Part shown: positions 1 to 10,080 of the stretch, one piece after another
Numbering within the stretch: the first letter of the stretch is position 1
Layout of the letters: every line of letters starts with the position of its first letter
Assembly: GCA_030141605.1 (NCBI GenBank)
Contig: JAQGDQ010002418.1
Span: forward strand, 1-57,506
Length of the DNA: 57,506 bases
Direction of reading: 5' to 3'
From: Tubiluchus corallicola
Lineage: Eukaryota; Animalia; Priapulida
Notes under the pieces: model-generated
Seen by the model: only the letters and a program-made list of their open reading frames with translations
Told to the model about the DNA's origin: nothing
Databases searched by the model: none
Made by a program: the position numbers and the translations under genes

Positions 1-418
1 GAGCCACATAAGAGTAGTAGAAGCAAAAGATGGGGATAAGGTCACGTCAAACACCGTCTACATAGCAAAAGGCGGAGACACATGGTATTAAAGCGGATCG
101 GCACAGAAAACTATATATCGCTGCGATAAGAGCAGCGTGAATACCGCGCAACTTCATATACCGAGTGTCGACGTGCTTTTTGGCTCCGTTGCGGGTCTGT
201 TTGGACCAAAAATCCTCGGAGTAATAATGACCGGAATGGGTAATGATGGACAGAAGGGCTCTGAGTTGTTAAAACTTAAAGGGGGACAGATCATAGCACA
301 GGATGAGAGCTCGTCGGCTGTGTTCGGTATGCCAAAAGCGGTGATAGAGGCTGGTCTCACTGATGAAATTGTGGACGTTGAGTCTTTGGCGGCAAGGATA
401 GAGGCTCACTGCAAATAG
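1..418 (+). pseudogene. cheB: Duplicated 3' fragment of cheB
   Basis: ORF 137..418 repeats the C-terminus of CheB (7220..8311); small deletions lie upstream of 137. Confidence 0.85.
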
Positions 419-706
419 TTTGTTTGCAGAATAACGTGCTGTTTCGCGGTTTTTATTCAGATCTGTAGCCGTTCGAAATAAGTAAATATGGTGTGTATAA
501 GTGGCGGATATTTTAAGTCAGGAAGAAATTGATGCGTTGTTGTCTACGGTTTCGGAAGCCGATATCACGGAAGGTTCTATCGAAAATATGGATCTCGTTC
601 CGAAAAAGATATCTGTGTACGATTTCCGCAGACCCGATAGGGTAAGCAAAGACCAGCTACGTTCCATACGCAACTTGCATGATAAATTTGCCAGAAATTT
701 CTCTTC
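1..706. repeat. Inverted duplicate of 6932..7640 (cheB 3' end, intergenic region, fliM 5' end)
   Basis: 1..706 is the reverse complement of 6932..7640 apart from a 1-bp deletion, a 2-bp deletion and about 5 substitutions seen by eye. It runs off the window start. Confidence 0.95.
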
Positions 707-743
707 TTGGTGGAGAGGGTTGTTATTATTTCATCTGCCGTAA
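501..743 (+). pseudogene. fliM: Duplicated, truncated 5' fragment of fliM
   Basis: Identical to FliM (MADILSQEEIDALL...ARNFSS) up to the junction at 706, then an unrelated tail. Confidence 0.85.
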
Positions 744-1107
744 ATACGTAGTTTTGGTCAGAATCAAGCACCTGAATATCCTCATCCTTCAGAGCAGTAT
801 TGGTGAAAAAGAACAGGCTAGTCTGTTCCTCATCATTCATAGTCCTCAAAACGTCCGTTGCAAGATAAGGGTCGTAATCCTTTTCGGGATGGACAATCTC
901 TATCCAAACCAGAGCACTCATGCCCTTGCTCATCTGAGATTGCCAAATCTCTATCCTGCGCTGGGAGCCAACCTCCAGGACTGTCCTGTGCAGAGAGTAG
1001 CGAAAATCCGCCATTATGCCCACGGCGTGCCTGTAAAAGTTTGCCAGGGTTATCGTCGATAAAGCTTCATAGTTTAGGGACGAACTACCTTGTGATTCCA
1101 TACACAT
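577..1107 (-). CDS. Hypothetical protein, truncated at the 706/707 junction
   Basis: Co-directional with and overlapping the OmpA-domain gene. Codons below 707 are antisense fliM, so the native 3' end is missing. Confidence 0.6.
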   Translation of the reverse strand: MCMESQGSSSLNYEALSTITLANFYRHAVGIMADFRYSLHRTVLEVGSQRRIEIWQSQMSKGMSALVWIEIVHPEKDYDPYLATDVLRTMNDEEQTSLFFFTNTALKDEDIQVLDSDQNYVFTADEIITTLSTKKRNFWQIYHASCVWNVAGLCLPYRVCGNRTQISFSERDPYFR

Positions 1108-1867
1108 CTACTCTTCTATTTTTATAATTGCCTGTGCTGTCTGCTGCTTCTGCTATCAACGGGTACGCAGAGCCTAAGCCGAATGAGACTATATTGTAAT
1201 TGCTGATGCTGTTATTTAACAGTATATTTTTTACGAAACTTGCGCGTTTCTCCGAAAGCTCAATATTACCCTTGTAGAGCTGGCTTTCAGGTGTTACCGC
1301 TACGATATCTGTGTGCCCTATTATTATGTATTTGTTGTCTGTCTGCAGAGATTTGAGCGTCGCTTCTGCCTCTTGGGACAATACAGTGGTGAATTCGCCC
1401 AAACCAAAATGTATCGTGAGCAGATGCTCCATCTTGCCATCTAAAGGGAAAGGGTAGGGCTCGGTGACGGTAGTCTCCTGTTCCAGGCGCGACGGAGATA
1501 TAGAGACGCTGTCTATAGTCGTGTCAGCGATGAGTGGAGGGCGTACATAAGCATCTGTATCCTCGTAGTCTTCGGCATCTCCGGTGTCCTGCTCCACAAC
1601 CTTAACTACCGTCCACCCGTTAAAGGTAATAAAATCCATGGCTTCCTTCGGGCTATTTGCCATGACATTAAATGTAGTACTGATGCCCGATTCGCTGCTC
1701 TTGGTTGCAATAACCTCATACTCCGAGCGCTCGGCAAAACCGGAAGCGCTAACGCCACCAATAGTTAGGAGGGTAAACAGGAGGATCCGCAGGCGGTACG
1801 TTGTTGATATACCTTTTGTTGTCTTCATCAATATTGTAGTCCCTAAGTGCTCTCTCATAGTCCTCAT
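1085..1867 (-). CDS. OmpA/MotB C-terminal peptidoglycan-binding domain protein
   Basis: Hydrophobic N-terminal segment; IIGHTD, NIELSEKRA and NRRVDV motifs. The true start is probably downstream of 1867. Confidence 0.85.
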   Translation of the reverse strand: MRTMREHLGTTILMKTTKGISTTYRLRILLFTLLTIGGVSASGFAERSEYEVIATKSSESGISTTFNVMANSPKEAMDFITFNGWTVVKVVEQDTGDAEDYEDTDAYVRPPLIADTTIDSVSISPSRLEQETTVTEPYPFPLDGKMEHLLTIHFGLGEFTTVLSQEAEATLKSLQTDNKYIIIGHTDIVAVTPESQLYKGNIELSEKRASFVKNILLNNSISNYNIVSFGLGSAYPLIAEAADSTGNYKNRRVDVYGITR

Positions 1868-2072
1868 CAGGGTACACCGCCAACAACTTCAGACCCAGCA
1901 CAACATCCTTGCCACCGTTGTAACTCAAATAATCATGGGGTGCAAGCTTCGAAACGGTTATAAAGCCCCTGTTGTCAGAGGTGGCCACTTCATAGACATG
2001 CAACTTGCCAAAGCAGTCAAAAGACAGCAAAAAAAACAGACTAGCTGACAACAGCGTGATTGGTAAGTTCAC
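1749..2072 (-). CDS. Small putative exported hypothetical protein
   Basis: Signal-peptide-like N-terminus and Pro-rich C-terminus; fills the gap between cheA and the OmpA gene. Confidence 0.55.
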   Translation of the reverse strand: MNLPITLLSASLFFLLSFDCFGKLHVYEVATSDNRGFITVSKLAPHDYLSYNGGKDVVLGLKLLAVYPDEDYERALRDYNIDEDNKRYINNVPPADPPVYPPNYWWR

Positions 2073-4161
2073 TAATCTTATCTAGTAGCACATCAGCTCT
2101 GATGGGCTTTATGAGAAAAAGATTGATGCCTGAGGCGTTTGCTTTCTTCTGTTCCTCAAAATCGTTCCTGCTTGACACGGCGATTATGGGAACCTGAGAG
2201 CCGTTCAACCTCAAAGTCTTGGCAAGTTCGTGTCCATCCATCCCTGGCATCATTATGTCTGTAATTACAAGATCTACGTTCAGATCATTATAGTCCTTCA
2301 CCAGGTCTTTGCTGTTTGAATAAGATATTGCCTCTATGTGGTTTGCGGAGCTTAGCATCTTCAACAATATTCTTCTATCCGTCGATGAATCATCCACTAA
2401 GGCTATGCGGAGCTTAGCATCTTCCATGTTTCCGCGCATCGAGCTCGTCCTAGGGTCACTACCATGTTTGCGTCTGGGGGTAGAATTGCTCCTCTGGGCG
2501 AGATTTATGACGCCAGCCACATCCAATATAAGGCGAACCTTGCCGTCGCCCATTATGGTGGCGCCAGCAATGCCCTCGTTATTGCCAAGGTATTCCCCTA
2601 GGGATTTTATAACGATCTCCTCTTGCCCCAAAAGCTTGTTTACGATGAAGCCGATCTTCTTCTCCGCAAAACCCACGACGACGACGTATAGATTTTTATT
2701 GTTGGAAGCTTCAAGCTCAAACATGTCGTCAAGGCGGATGAGAGAAAGCACGTTGTTCCTCAGCTTGAGGACTTCTCTGCCTTCAAATGTGTGTATGCTC
2801 TCTTCCTCTATCCGAACGGTCTCGATTACGGAGACAAGAGGTATGGCAAAAGTCTCGCCGCCAACATCAACCAAAAGCGCCTGAATAATAGCAAGAGTGA
2901 GGGGCAGCTTCATCTTGAAGACTGTACCCGCATTTACTTCTGAATCAATAGTGACGATACCGTTGGACTTCTCTATATTCGTCTTTACCACATCCATCCC
3001 AACGCCGCGACCGGAAACACTCGTAATCTCCGTGGCCGTCGAAAAACCTGGCTTGAATATCAGTGCAAAGGTATCCTCTTTGCTCAAAGTTTTAGCCTCA
3101 GCAGCTGTAATGATGCCTTTCTCGATGGCTTTGTTGGTGAGCTTTTCAGGAGAAAGCCCCTTGCCATCGTCCGCTATCTCTATCACTATATGGTTGCCCT
3201 CGTGATATGCTGATAGATTTACGGTTCCCCGGGAGGACTTATCTTTTGAAGCGCGTTCCAGTGGACTCTCAATGCCGTGATCACAAGCATTTCGTATCAT
3301 ATGGATCAACGGATCGCCGATCTCTTCCACTATGGACTTATCAAGTTCCGTCTCCTCGCCGGTTATTATGAGATCGATCTCTTTACCATTTGAGCGGGTG
3401 ATGTCCCTGACTATCCTTGGAAATTTGTTGAACACCTTGCCTATCGGAATCATACGGGTCTTCATCACCGCAAGCTGCAGCTCCGTTGTGATCAGACCTA
3501 TCTGAGAAGTGGTCTCCTGAAGGGACTCCACCAAAAAATCGTTGTCATATTTACCTTCAAGTTCATGGGAAAGTTGAGTGAGACGATTGCGACTCAAGAC
3601 GAGCTCGCCGATCATGTTCATCAACGCGTCAAGACGGGAAACATCTACCCGTATGGTCTGCTCAACAGCGGTGACCTTCTTGACATTGGTGGGAGTGTTG
3701 GCATTCTCCAGCGGCTCATTGTCCTCCTCAGCTTGCTGATCTTCAACAGCGGGAGGTTCTTCTTGTCCGGTCAGGGTTTTGCCCTCGTTTAATATCTTTA
3801 GCTTCTTGACAACGGCATCAATGTCCGTGGTATCTTCCCCGGACTGGACGTCTGCCAAGAGATGTTTGGTAAGATCAACAAACTCCAGCAACACATCCAT
3901 CGTCTCCATCTGGAGCTTCATTTCACCCTTGCGAAGCTTATTCAGTATCTCTTCAGCTTCGTGGGTTAGACTCATCAGTTTGTTTAAGCCCAAGAAGGAT
4001 GAGGAACCTTTGATAGTATGAGCAGCTCTGAATATCTGATTCAACAGATCCAAGTCATCCTTGCGAGTCTCAAGCTCAACAAAATCGTGATCAAGGGACT
4101 CCACAAGCTCCAGCGCCTCTATGATAAAATCTTGCAAGATTTCTTCATTTTCAAAACCCAT
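2041..4161 (-). CDS. cheA: Chemotaxis histidine kinase CheA with C-terminal receiver domain
   Basis: Hpt FRAAHTIKG, dimerisation IRVDVSRLD, HATPase HMIRNACDHG and SGRGVGMDVV, CheW-like domain, REC (VDDS, TDIMMP). Confidence 0.97.
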   Translation of the reverse strand: MGFENEEILQDFIIEALELVESLDHDFVELETRKDDLDLLNQIFRAAHTIKGSSSFLGLNKLMSLTHEAEEILNKLRKGEMKLQMETMDVLLEFVDLTKHLLADVQSGEDTTDIDAVVKKLKILNEGKTLTGQEEPPAVEDQQAEEDNEPLENANTPTNVKKVTAVEQTIRVDVSRLDALMNMIGELVLSRNRLTQLSHELEGKYDNDFLVESLQETTSQIGLITTELQLAVMKTRMIPIGKVFNKFPRIVRDITRSNGKEIDLIITGEETELDKSIVEEIGDPLIHMIRNACDHGIESPLERASKDKSSRGTVNLSAYHEGNHIVIEIADDGKGLSPEKLTNKAIEKGIITAAEAKTLSKEDTFALIFKPGFSTATEITSVSGRGVGMDVVKTNIEKSNGIVTIDSEVNAGTVFKMKLPLTLAIIQALLVDVGGETFAIPLVSVIETVRIEEESIHTFEGREVLKLRNNVLSLIRLDDMFELEASNNKNLYVVVVGFAEKKIGFIVNKLLGQEEIVIKSLGEYLGNNEGIAGATIMGDGKVRLILDVAGVINLAQRSNSTPRRKHGSDPRTSSMRGNMEDAKLRIALVDDSSTDRRILLKMLSSANHIEAISYSNSKDLVKDYNDLNVDLVITDIMMPGMDGHELAKTLRLNGSQVPIIAVSSRNDFEEQKKANASGINLFLIKPIRADVLLDKISELTNHAVVS

Positions 4162-4185
4162 CTATCTCTCCCACGCTACCTAAAC

Positions 4186-4812
4186 TTAGTGACCCAACTC
4201 CCTCAGAAGTTTATCTATCGGACTTTGGCTCTGCATTATCTCCTTCTCGGGAGGGTCGTTATCGGCAATCTCTTTGCCATCTATGTCAAGCTTCACTATT
4301 ATGTGAGCAAGTCTCTCTTCCAACCCATGCACGACCTGGATCAGTTTATTTATCTTCTGTTTTACTATGTCCTGAAACTCCAGCGAGGCAATTATATCAA
4401 AGCACAACTCTTGGCCCTTGCTAGATTTATCCTTCAGCCTATCTACAGTACCGTGTACATTCAGCTTGTTGCCACCCTCTATGGATGTCTCCAACGAAGC
4501 CATATCTTCTATCATATCATTAATATTGAAATTTATCTTGTCCACCAGGGAAAGGACATCTTCTGATGCGTGTTTGGATTCCGATATTATGCCGTTGAGC
4601 ACCTGCTCAAACAAAGGCAAGTCCTCACAAGAGTCCTCAATCGCAACGGATACCTCCTGAAGCTTTTTCAAAGATTCATTAAAATACTCCGCTATCTCAA
4701 ACAGTCCACTCTCAGGTTCTATGGTGCTTGAGTCTACGTCGTATCTTCCTTCATTAATCTTTTTAGCAATGGCAAGCAACTCATTAATGTCGTTGCACTT
4801 ATCAGGCATCAA
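4186..4812 (-). CDS. cheZ: CheZ-like phosphatase
   Basis: Helical protein with LEFQDIVKQKI (CheZ DxxxQ motif) and a C-terminal IDKLLRELG helix; lies between cheY and cheA. Confidence 0.7.
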   Translation of the reverse strand: MMPDKCNDINELLAIAKKINEGRYDVDSSTIEPESGLFEIAEYFNESLKKLQEVSVAIEDSCEDLPLFEQVLNGIISESKHASEDVLSLVDKINFNINDMIEDMASLETSIEGGNKLNVHGTVDRLKDKSSKGQELCFDIIASLEFQDIVKQKINKLIQVVHGLEERLAHIIVKLDIDGKEIADNDPPEKEIMQSQSPIDKLLRELGH

Positions 4813-4813
4813 A

Positions 4814-5200
4814 CTACCCCGCCTCTATTCCCAAAAGCCTGACCACTTTTTCCTTCAACGTTTCAGGCGTAAAAGGCTTTACAACATAGGAGTTCACTCC
4901 GCTCTTCAACGCTATTATTATATCCTCTTTGGCTGCCTCTGTGGTGACCATAAGGATTGGAGTTTCTTTATGTTGATCTTGGCCACGGACATTCTTGACA
5001 AACACCAAGCCATCCATCTCTGGCATATTCCAGTCGGTGATAATCATATCAACATCGTTTTCCGCCATGATTTCAAGAGCTTCTACCCCGTTACTTGCTT
5101 CCAATACGTTGTCGAAGCCAAACTTAATCAGGGTGTTTTTAATTATTCTCCTCATGGTAGACGAATCGTCTACAGTGATAACGACCTGTGAAAAACTCAT
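4814..5200 (-). CDS. cheY: Chemotaxis response regulator CheY
   Basis: Single REC domain: VDDS, TDWNMP, KPF. Confidence 0.95.
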   Translation of the reverse strand: MSFSQVVITVDDSSTMRRIIKNTLIKFGFDNVLEASNGVEALEIMAENDVDMIITDWNMPEMDGLVFVKNVRGQDQHKETPILMVTTEAAKEDIIIALKSGVNSYVVKPFTPETLKEKVVRLLGIEAG

Positions 5201-5270
5201 GTAAATTCCTCCATATCACAATGGTTAATTGTGAAGTATATAAACAATTCTAGTATGAAATTGGTTAGTG

Positions 5271-6149
5271 TCAATCTTTTAATTTTTTTATTCTTTCTGC
5301 TTTGCTGACTATCTCTTTTATCCTGAAACCGAAGTATCCATCCACTATAACAACCTCTCCCCGGGCAATAACCTTATTGTTTACCGTGAGTTCTATGGGT
5401 TCATCGGCGTTCTGTTCCAGTTCGACTATATTACCAGGACCAAGTCCCAATATATCCTTCAGAAAAAGTTTTGCGCTTCCCATCCGCACGCCTATGGACA
5501 GGTCGACGTCGAGCAGCATGTCAAGATTGCTTCCGCTGGCGTGTCTTTGGGTGCCGGGTTGGGAAATTTCTTCCTCCGGAAGCTGTTGTTCAGCTTGATG
5601 GGCAGAAGACGAGAACAGATTGTGCAGGTTGCTGCACATGTAATAGCTAAAGTCTAGCGGAACACCGCCTCTGTTCCCACTGATCGTGAATACACAGTAT
5701 GAATTATTTGGCAAGATATCTGCTTCAGTCACCTCAGAGACGTCAAATGCGCTCATGTTGCTATCGATACCGATCCGATCAAACACAGACCTAGAAAGAG
5801 CTGCAAGCATCTGGGTGGAGAACTCTTTTATGGCATCGACGCTTTCTGCGTCTATGGTGTCAGAAGGTACGCCTTCCCCCATAAGCATTAAATCCACAAG
5901 GCTTGTGACGTCTGATGTGTTAAATAAAAAACCGGCCTCAAAAGAGTTGTTGCTCTCAACGCCTCGGACGATTGCTTTGCCAAATGGTTCGGCTAAAAAA
6001 GCATCGGGGGTTGATGAGTATACTTCTGTCACGTTGAGGTTTACCGGCACATTCAACACGGCTCCGAGGGTTGACGAAAATACTTCGGACGTGGCATTCG
6101 CAAATTCGATCATATTGCTGTCTGAACTTAGATCAATCGGTTGTTTCAT
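5271..6149 (-). CDS. fliY: Flagellar motor switch protein FliY/FliN
   Basis: CheC-like N-terminal region plus C-terminal SpoA domain (NLDMLLDV...GEVVIVDGYFG). Confidence 0.88.
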   Translation of the reverse strand: MKQPIDLSSDSNMIEFANATSEVFSSTLGAVLNVPVNLNVTEVYSSTPDAFLAEPFGKAIVRGVESNNSFEAGFLFNTSDVTSLVDLMLMGEGVPSDTIDAESVDAIKEFSTQMLAALSRSVFDRIGIDSNMSAFDVSEVTEADILPNNSYCVFTISGNRGGVPLDFSYYMCSNLHNLFSSSAHQAEQQLPEEEISQPGTQRHASGSNLDMLLDVDLSIGVRMGSAKLFLKDILGLGPGNIVELEQNADEPIELTVNNKVIARGEVVIVDGYFGFRIKEIVSKAERIKKLKD

Positions 6150-7137
6150 TATCTTTTCCTGTTAACATGTAGGTGAAGCGGATGGCCTTTTTGATGCCAT
6201 ACAGCCCCATCTCCCCATAGTACTTCAATTTGTTGTTTACGTAAATGTTAAAAGGGCGGTTGCTCTTCTTGGGCAGGAGCACCACATCATTCTCTTTGAG
6301 ATCCAAGATTTCGTTGACGCTCAAGTTTATCCTTCCAAGCTCCACGGAGAGAGGGATAGACATATCTTCTATCATCTCTATGATGCGGGATTCATACTCT
6401 CCAGAGCGTCCTTTCTTTGCTCCGATCAGCCAGTCTTGGGAGCTTATTTTGCCCAGTACAGGCTCCAAAACTATTGCAGGGATGCACAAGTTGATCATAC
6501 CGGTGGCATCCCCAAACTTCACCTCAAACACTATAAGTACAACCACTTCATTTTGAGCTACTACCTGTATGACATGAGGGCTATTCTCGGAGACCTCTTT
6601 CTTGAAGCGGACGTTGGGGATAATCTGCTTCCAAACATCCTCAAGATTTGTCATGATCAGGCCGATTATGCCGTTTATTATGTGTTGTTCGAGGGAAGTG
6701 AGCTCTCTAACGTGGAATAAGGGCATTCCGGGGCCGCCCAACAGTTTGTCTATTATCGGAAATATGAGGGAAGGGTTAACCTCAAGAACAGCATTCCCCT
6801 GGAGCGGAATCAAGCTGATTATATTGAAACTCGTCGGATCGGGCAGGGACATCAAGAATTCCCCGTAAGTCATCTGATCCACCGACACAAGCGATATATC
6901 CGTGATGGTTCTCAAGAACGAAGAGGAGGGCGAAGAGAAATTTCTGGCAAATTTATCATGCAAGTTGCGTATGGAACGTAGCTGGTCTTTGCTTACCCTA
7001 TCGGGTCTGCGGAAATCGTACACAGATATCTTTTTCGGAACGAGATCCATATTTTCGATAGAACCTTCCGTGATATCGGCTTCCGAAACCGTAGACAACA
7101 ACGCATCAATTTCTTCCTGACTTAAAATATCCGCCAC
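6133..7137 (-). CDS. fliM: Flagellar motor switch protein FliM
   Basis: LSQEEIDALL CheY-binding peptide, YDFRRPDR, C-terminal SpoA domain. Confidence 0.97.
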   Translation of the reverse strand: MADILSQEEIDALLSTVSEADITEGSIENMDLVPKKISVYDFRRPDRVSKDQLRSIRNLHDKFARNFSSPSSSFLRTITDISLVSVDQMTYGEFLMSLPDPTSFNIISLIPLQGNAVLEVNPSLIFPIIDKLLGGPGMPLFHVRELTSLEQHIINGIIGLIMTNLEDVWKQIIPNVRFKKEVSENSPHVIQVVAQNEVVVLIVFEVKFGDATGMINLCIPAIVLEPVLGKISSQDWLIGAKKGRSGEYESRIIEMIEDMSIPLSVELGRINLSVNEILDLKENDVVLLPKKSNRPFNIYVNNKLKYYGEMGLYGIKKAIRFTYMLTGKDNETTD

Positions 7138-7219
7138 TTATACACACCATATTTACTTATTTCGAACGGCTACAGATCTGAATAAAAACCGCGAAACAGC
7201 ACGTTATTCTGCAAACAAA

Positions 7220-8311
7220 CTATTTGCAGTGAGCCTCTATCCTTGCTGCCAAAGACTCAACGTCCACAATTTCGTCAGTGAGACCAGCCTCTATCACCGC
7301 TTTTGGCATACCGAACACAGTTGACGAGCTCTCATCCTGTGCTATGATCTGTCCCCCTTTAAGTTTTAACAACTCAGAGCCCTTCTGTCCATCATTACCC
7401 ATTCCGGTCATTATTACTCCGAGGATTTTTGGTCCAAACAGACCCGCAACGGAGCCAAAAAGCACGTCGACACTCGGTATATGAAGTTGCGTGGTATTCA
7501 CGCTGCTCTTATCGTGCAGCGATATATAGTTTTCTGTGCCGATCCGCTTTAATACCATGTGTCTGCCGCCTTTTGCTATGTAGACGGTGTTTGACGTGAC
7601 CTTATCCCCATCTTTTGCTTCTACTACTCTTATGTGGCTCAGTTTGTCAAGGCGTGCAGCCAAGCTAGCGGTAAAGTTTTCCGGCATGTGCTGCACTATA
7701 AACACGGGAGCTCCCAAGTCCTTTGGCAGCTTCGGTATAACTTTCTGAAGAGCCTGGGGGCCTCCGGTGGAAACACCTATGGCAACAGCATTTACCTTAC
7801 GCGTCGTTTTGGTCGGCGATATGCCTACCTTTGCAGAGAGATCGTGAACCATCTTAGAGACACTGCTTGCAGCTGTTGAAGGGGATTTCCTCAAAGCGAG
7901 ACTCTTGCCTGTTGCGGCGTGGGTTCTGATCTTTTGGGCGAGTTCGTCGTCCAAGCCGGCATAAGGAGTGTCTTTGGATGCCTCAAAATTTTTCGCGATG
8001 AAGTCTAACGCACCGTTGCTCAAAGCTTCCACTGTGGTGTCAGCGCCCTCTTTAGTCAGTGAACTCACCATTATCACCGCGGTGGGTTTTGATTCCATTA
8101 TCTTCTTTAATGCGGTGAGACCGTCCATTTCCGGCATATCGACATCCAGTGTCAATACATCAGGACTGTGAGATATTGCCAGCTTGACGGCGTCAATACC
8201 CGTCACTCCTGTGGCTACAACCTCCATATCGTCGTGATCTTCAATGATGCGACAGATAGCTTTCCTTATGAAAACAGAGTTGTCTACAACAACCACTCTA
8301 ATTTTATCCAT
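7220..8311 (-). CDS. cheB: Chemotaxis methylesterase CheB
   Basis: REC domain plus catalytic GVSTGG, QHMP and GMGNDG motifs. Start taken at MDKIRV. Confidence 0.97.
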   Translation of the reverse strand: MDKIRVVVVDNSVFIRKAICRIIEDHDDMEVVATGVTGIDAVKLAISHSPDVLTLDVDMPEMDGLTALKKIMESKPTAVIMVSSLTKEGADTTVEALSNGALDFIAKNFEASKDTPYAGLDDELAQKIRTHAATGKSLALRKSPSTAASSVSKMVHDLSAKVGISPTKTTRKVNAVAIGVSTGGPQALQKVIPKLPKDLGAPVFIVQHMPENFTASLAARLDKLSHIRVVEAKDGDKVTSNTVYIAKGGRHMVLKRIGTENYISLHDKSSVNTTQLHIPSVDVLFGSVAGLFGPKILGVIMTGMGNDGQKGSELLKLKGGQIIAQDESSSTVFGMPKAVIEAGLTDEIVDVESLAARIEAHCK

Positions 8312-9035
8312 ATAAACTAGCAAGCCTCCACTTTAGTTTTTTTGAAACATCCGTATGTATCTGGGACACTCTAGACTCAGTGAGATCGAGAATTTCCGCA
8401 ATCTCCTTCATCGTGAGCTCCTCATAGTAGTAGAGCGACAATATCAACCTTTCCCTATCGGGTAGATTGTCAAGCTCTGCTGTCAGTTTCTCGATGGCGC
8501 TGTTTCTCAACAACTCGTCTTCCGGCGATAAGTTTGCCGATCTGATGAAGTCTATAAGGCTGTTGTTCTCATCTCCCCGTTTCTCGTCGAGGCTGAGTAC
8601 ATTCTCCTGTTCCTGCACATCCAGCAGCTTATATACTTCTTCGATGCTAAAGTCGCTATTTTGTGCAATTTCTGTATACGTGGGCTGCCTGCCAAAACGG
8701 GAAGACAACTCTGCAATGGTGCTTTCTAAGCTCTTTACCTTTGTGCGGACATTGCGAGGAAGAAAATCCATCCCCCGAAGACTATCCATGATGGCGCCTT
8801 TTATTCTGCGCTCTGCATATGTCGCAAACGCCACATTTCTGCTCTTGTCAAACCGATCCAACGCCTCGATAAAACCGAGACTAGCAGATGAATACAACTC
8901 GTCAGTCTCCACAAACTCAGGCAACGTCCTCTTGATCCGCATAACCCAAAACTTTATCCGCGGGATAAAGCTCTCCGTTATCTGTTGGCGCTCCTGTTCA
9001 GAAAATTTTTCTGTTTTAGTAGTTTCATATATCAT
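8304..9035 (-). CDS. fliA: RNA polymerase sigma-28 factor FliA
   Basis: FATYAERRIKGAIMDSLR; C-terminal HTH LTMKEIAEILDLTESRVSQIH. Confidence 0.95.
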   Translation of the reverse strand: MIYETTKTEKFSEQERQQITESFIPRIKFWVMRIKRTLPEFVETDELYSSASLGFIEALDRFDKSRNVAFATYAERRIKGAIMDSLRGMDFLPRNVRTKVKSLESTIAELSSRFGRQPTYTEIAQNSDFSIEEVYKLLDVQEQENVLSLDEKRGDENNSLIDFIRSANLSPEDELLRNSAIEKLTAELDNLPDRERLILSLYYYEELTMKEIAEILDLTESRVSQIHTDVSKKLKWRLASLYG

Positions 9036-9238
9036 TAGAGTATCTTCCAATAGTTTCTAAAGATATTCTCCACACTTCCAAATAATACACGCAAAACGAA
9101 GAATAATATAAAGAAAACTGCAAAATCTTTGAACAACATCAACAAGTGCAATTCAGGAGCCATGATCTTGTAGATGGTCGATGTCAAATAAACTATTACC
9201 GAAATGAGAAGAGGGATGTATTTTAAGGATGATATCAT
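9035..9238 (-). CDS. Small membrane hypothetical protein
   Basis: Two hydrophobic stretches from MISSLKY; abuts the flhG stop and the fliA start. Confidence 0.6.
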   Translation of the reverse strand: MISSLKYIPLLISVIVYLTSTIYKIMAPELHLLMLFKDFAVFFILFFVLRVLFGSVENIFRNYWKIL

Positions 9239-10080
9239 CTCTTCAACCTCCTGAAAATAGATAAAACGTTCTGGGGCGCGTGCTCTGCGCACTCCCTACC
9301 ATCAATTTGTGAGGCTATCCGCTTTATATCCTTTGCATAAGATGATGATGGGAAGAGCTCACAGACCGGCTTCTGCTGTTGTGCAGCTTTTCGCACGCTC
9401 TTGTCATCCATCACACAGCCAAGGTTTGAAAGATCTACTCCGAGAAATTTGTTCGTCACTATCTTTAAACTGCTGTACATACCTCTGGCGTTTTCAACGC
9501 TATCTGTCCTGTTAAAGACGAGTGACACCTTCTTTATGTCGTAGCGTTGGCTTACAACCTTGATAAATGCGTATGCATCCGTTATGGCAGCAGGCTCCGG
9601 CTGACTGATTATTATCAGCTCATCGGCAATCCCTGAAAACCTCGTGACGCTATCAGATATGCCGGCGCCGGTGTCAAAAAGCACGTAGTCGTAGTTACTG
9701 TCCAGCTTGATAAATATCTCAGCTATCTTGTCAAACTCTTCCTCATCAATCGCAGTCATCTCAACCACGCCGCTAGATGCGGGCAATACGTCAAAGCCGT
9801 AGACATTCTTCTTAATTATCTGGTCAATCAAAATCTCATCATGCAAATATTTCTTTATGGACGATGTCACAGTTAAGGCGAGCAGCACGTCAACGTTTGC
9901 AAGGCCCAAGTCAGCATCAAAAACCAAAACTTTCTTGCCCAACTTAGAAAGCTGATAAGCAAGATTCACAACAAAGCTCGTCTTGCCCACACCACCCTTG
10001 CCGCTAGATACGGTAATGTAGGTGGCTTTTCTGTTGTTCTGCCAAGCGCTCTTTCTGAGACTGTAAGCCTGATCTGTCAT
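9235..10080 (-). CDS. flhG: MinD/ParA-family flagellar ATPase FlhG (FleN)
   Basis: DQAxxLR N-terminus, SGKGGVGKT, DADLGLAN; follows flhF. Confidence 0.93.
   Translation of the reverse strand: MTDQAYSLRKSAWQNNRKATYITVSSGKGGVGKTSFVVNLAYQLSKLGKKVLVFDADLGLANVDVLLALTVTSSIKKYLHDEILIDQIIKKNVYGFDVLPASSGVVEMTAIDEEEFDKIAEIFIKLDSNYDYVLFDTGAGISDSVTRFSGIADELIIISQPEPAAITDAYAFIKVVSQRYDIKKVSLVFNRTDSVENARGMYSSLKIVTNKFLGVDLSNLGCVMDDKSVRKAAQQQKPVCELFPSSSYAKDIKRIASQIDGRECAEHAPQNVLSIFRRLKR

Noticed and set aside
1-706. Diversity-generating retroelement TR/VR pair, suggested by the A>G differences
   Set aside because: No reverse transcriptase in the window; the copy is long, inverted, at the window edge and has indels. 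Sequencing error explains it better.
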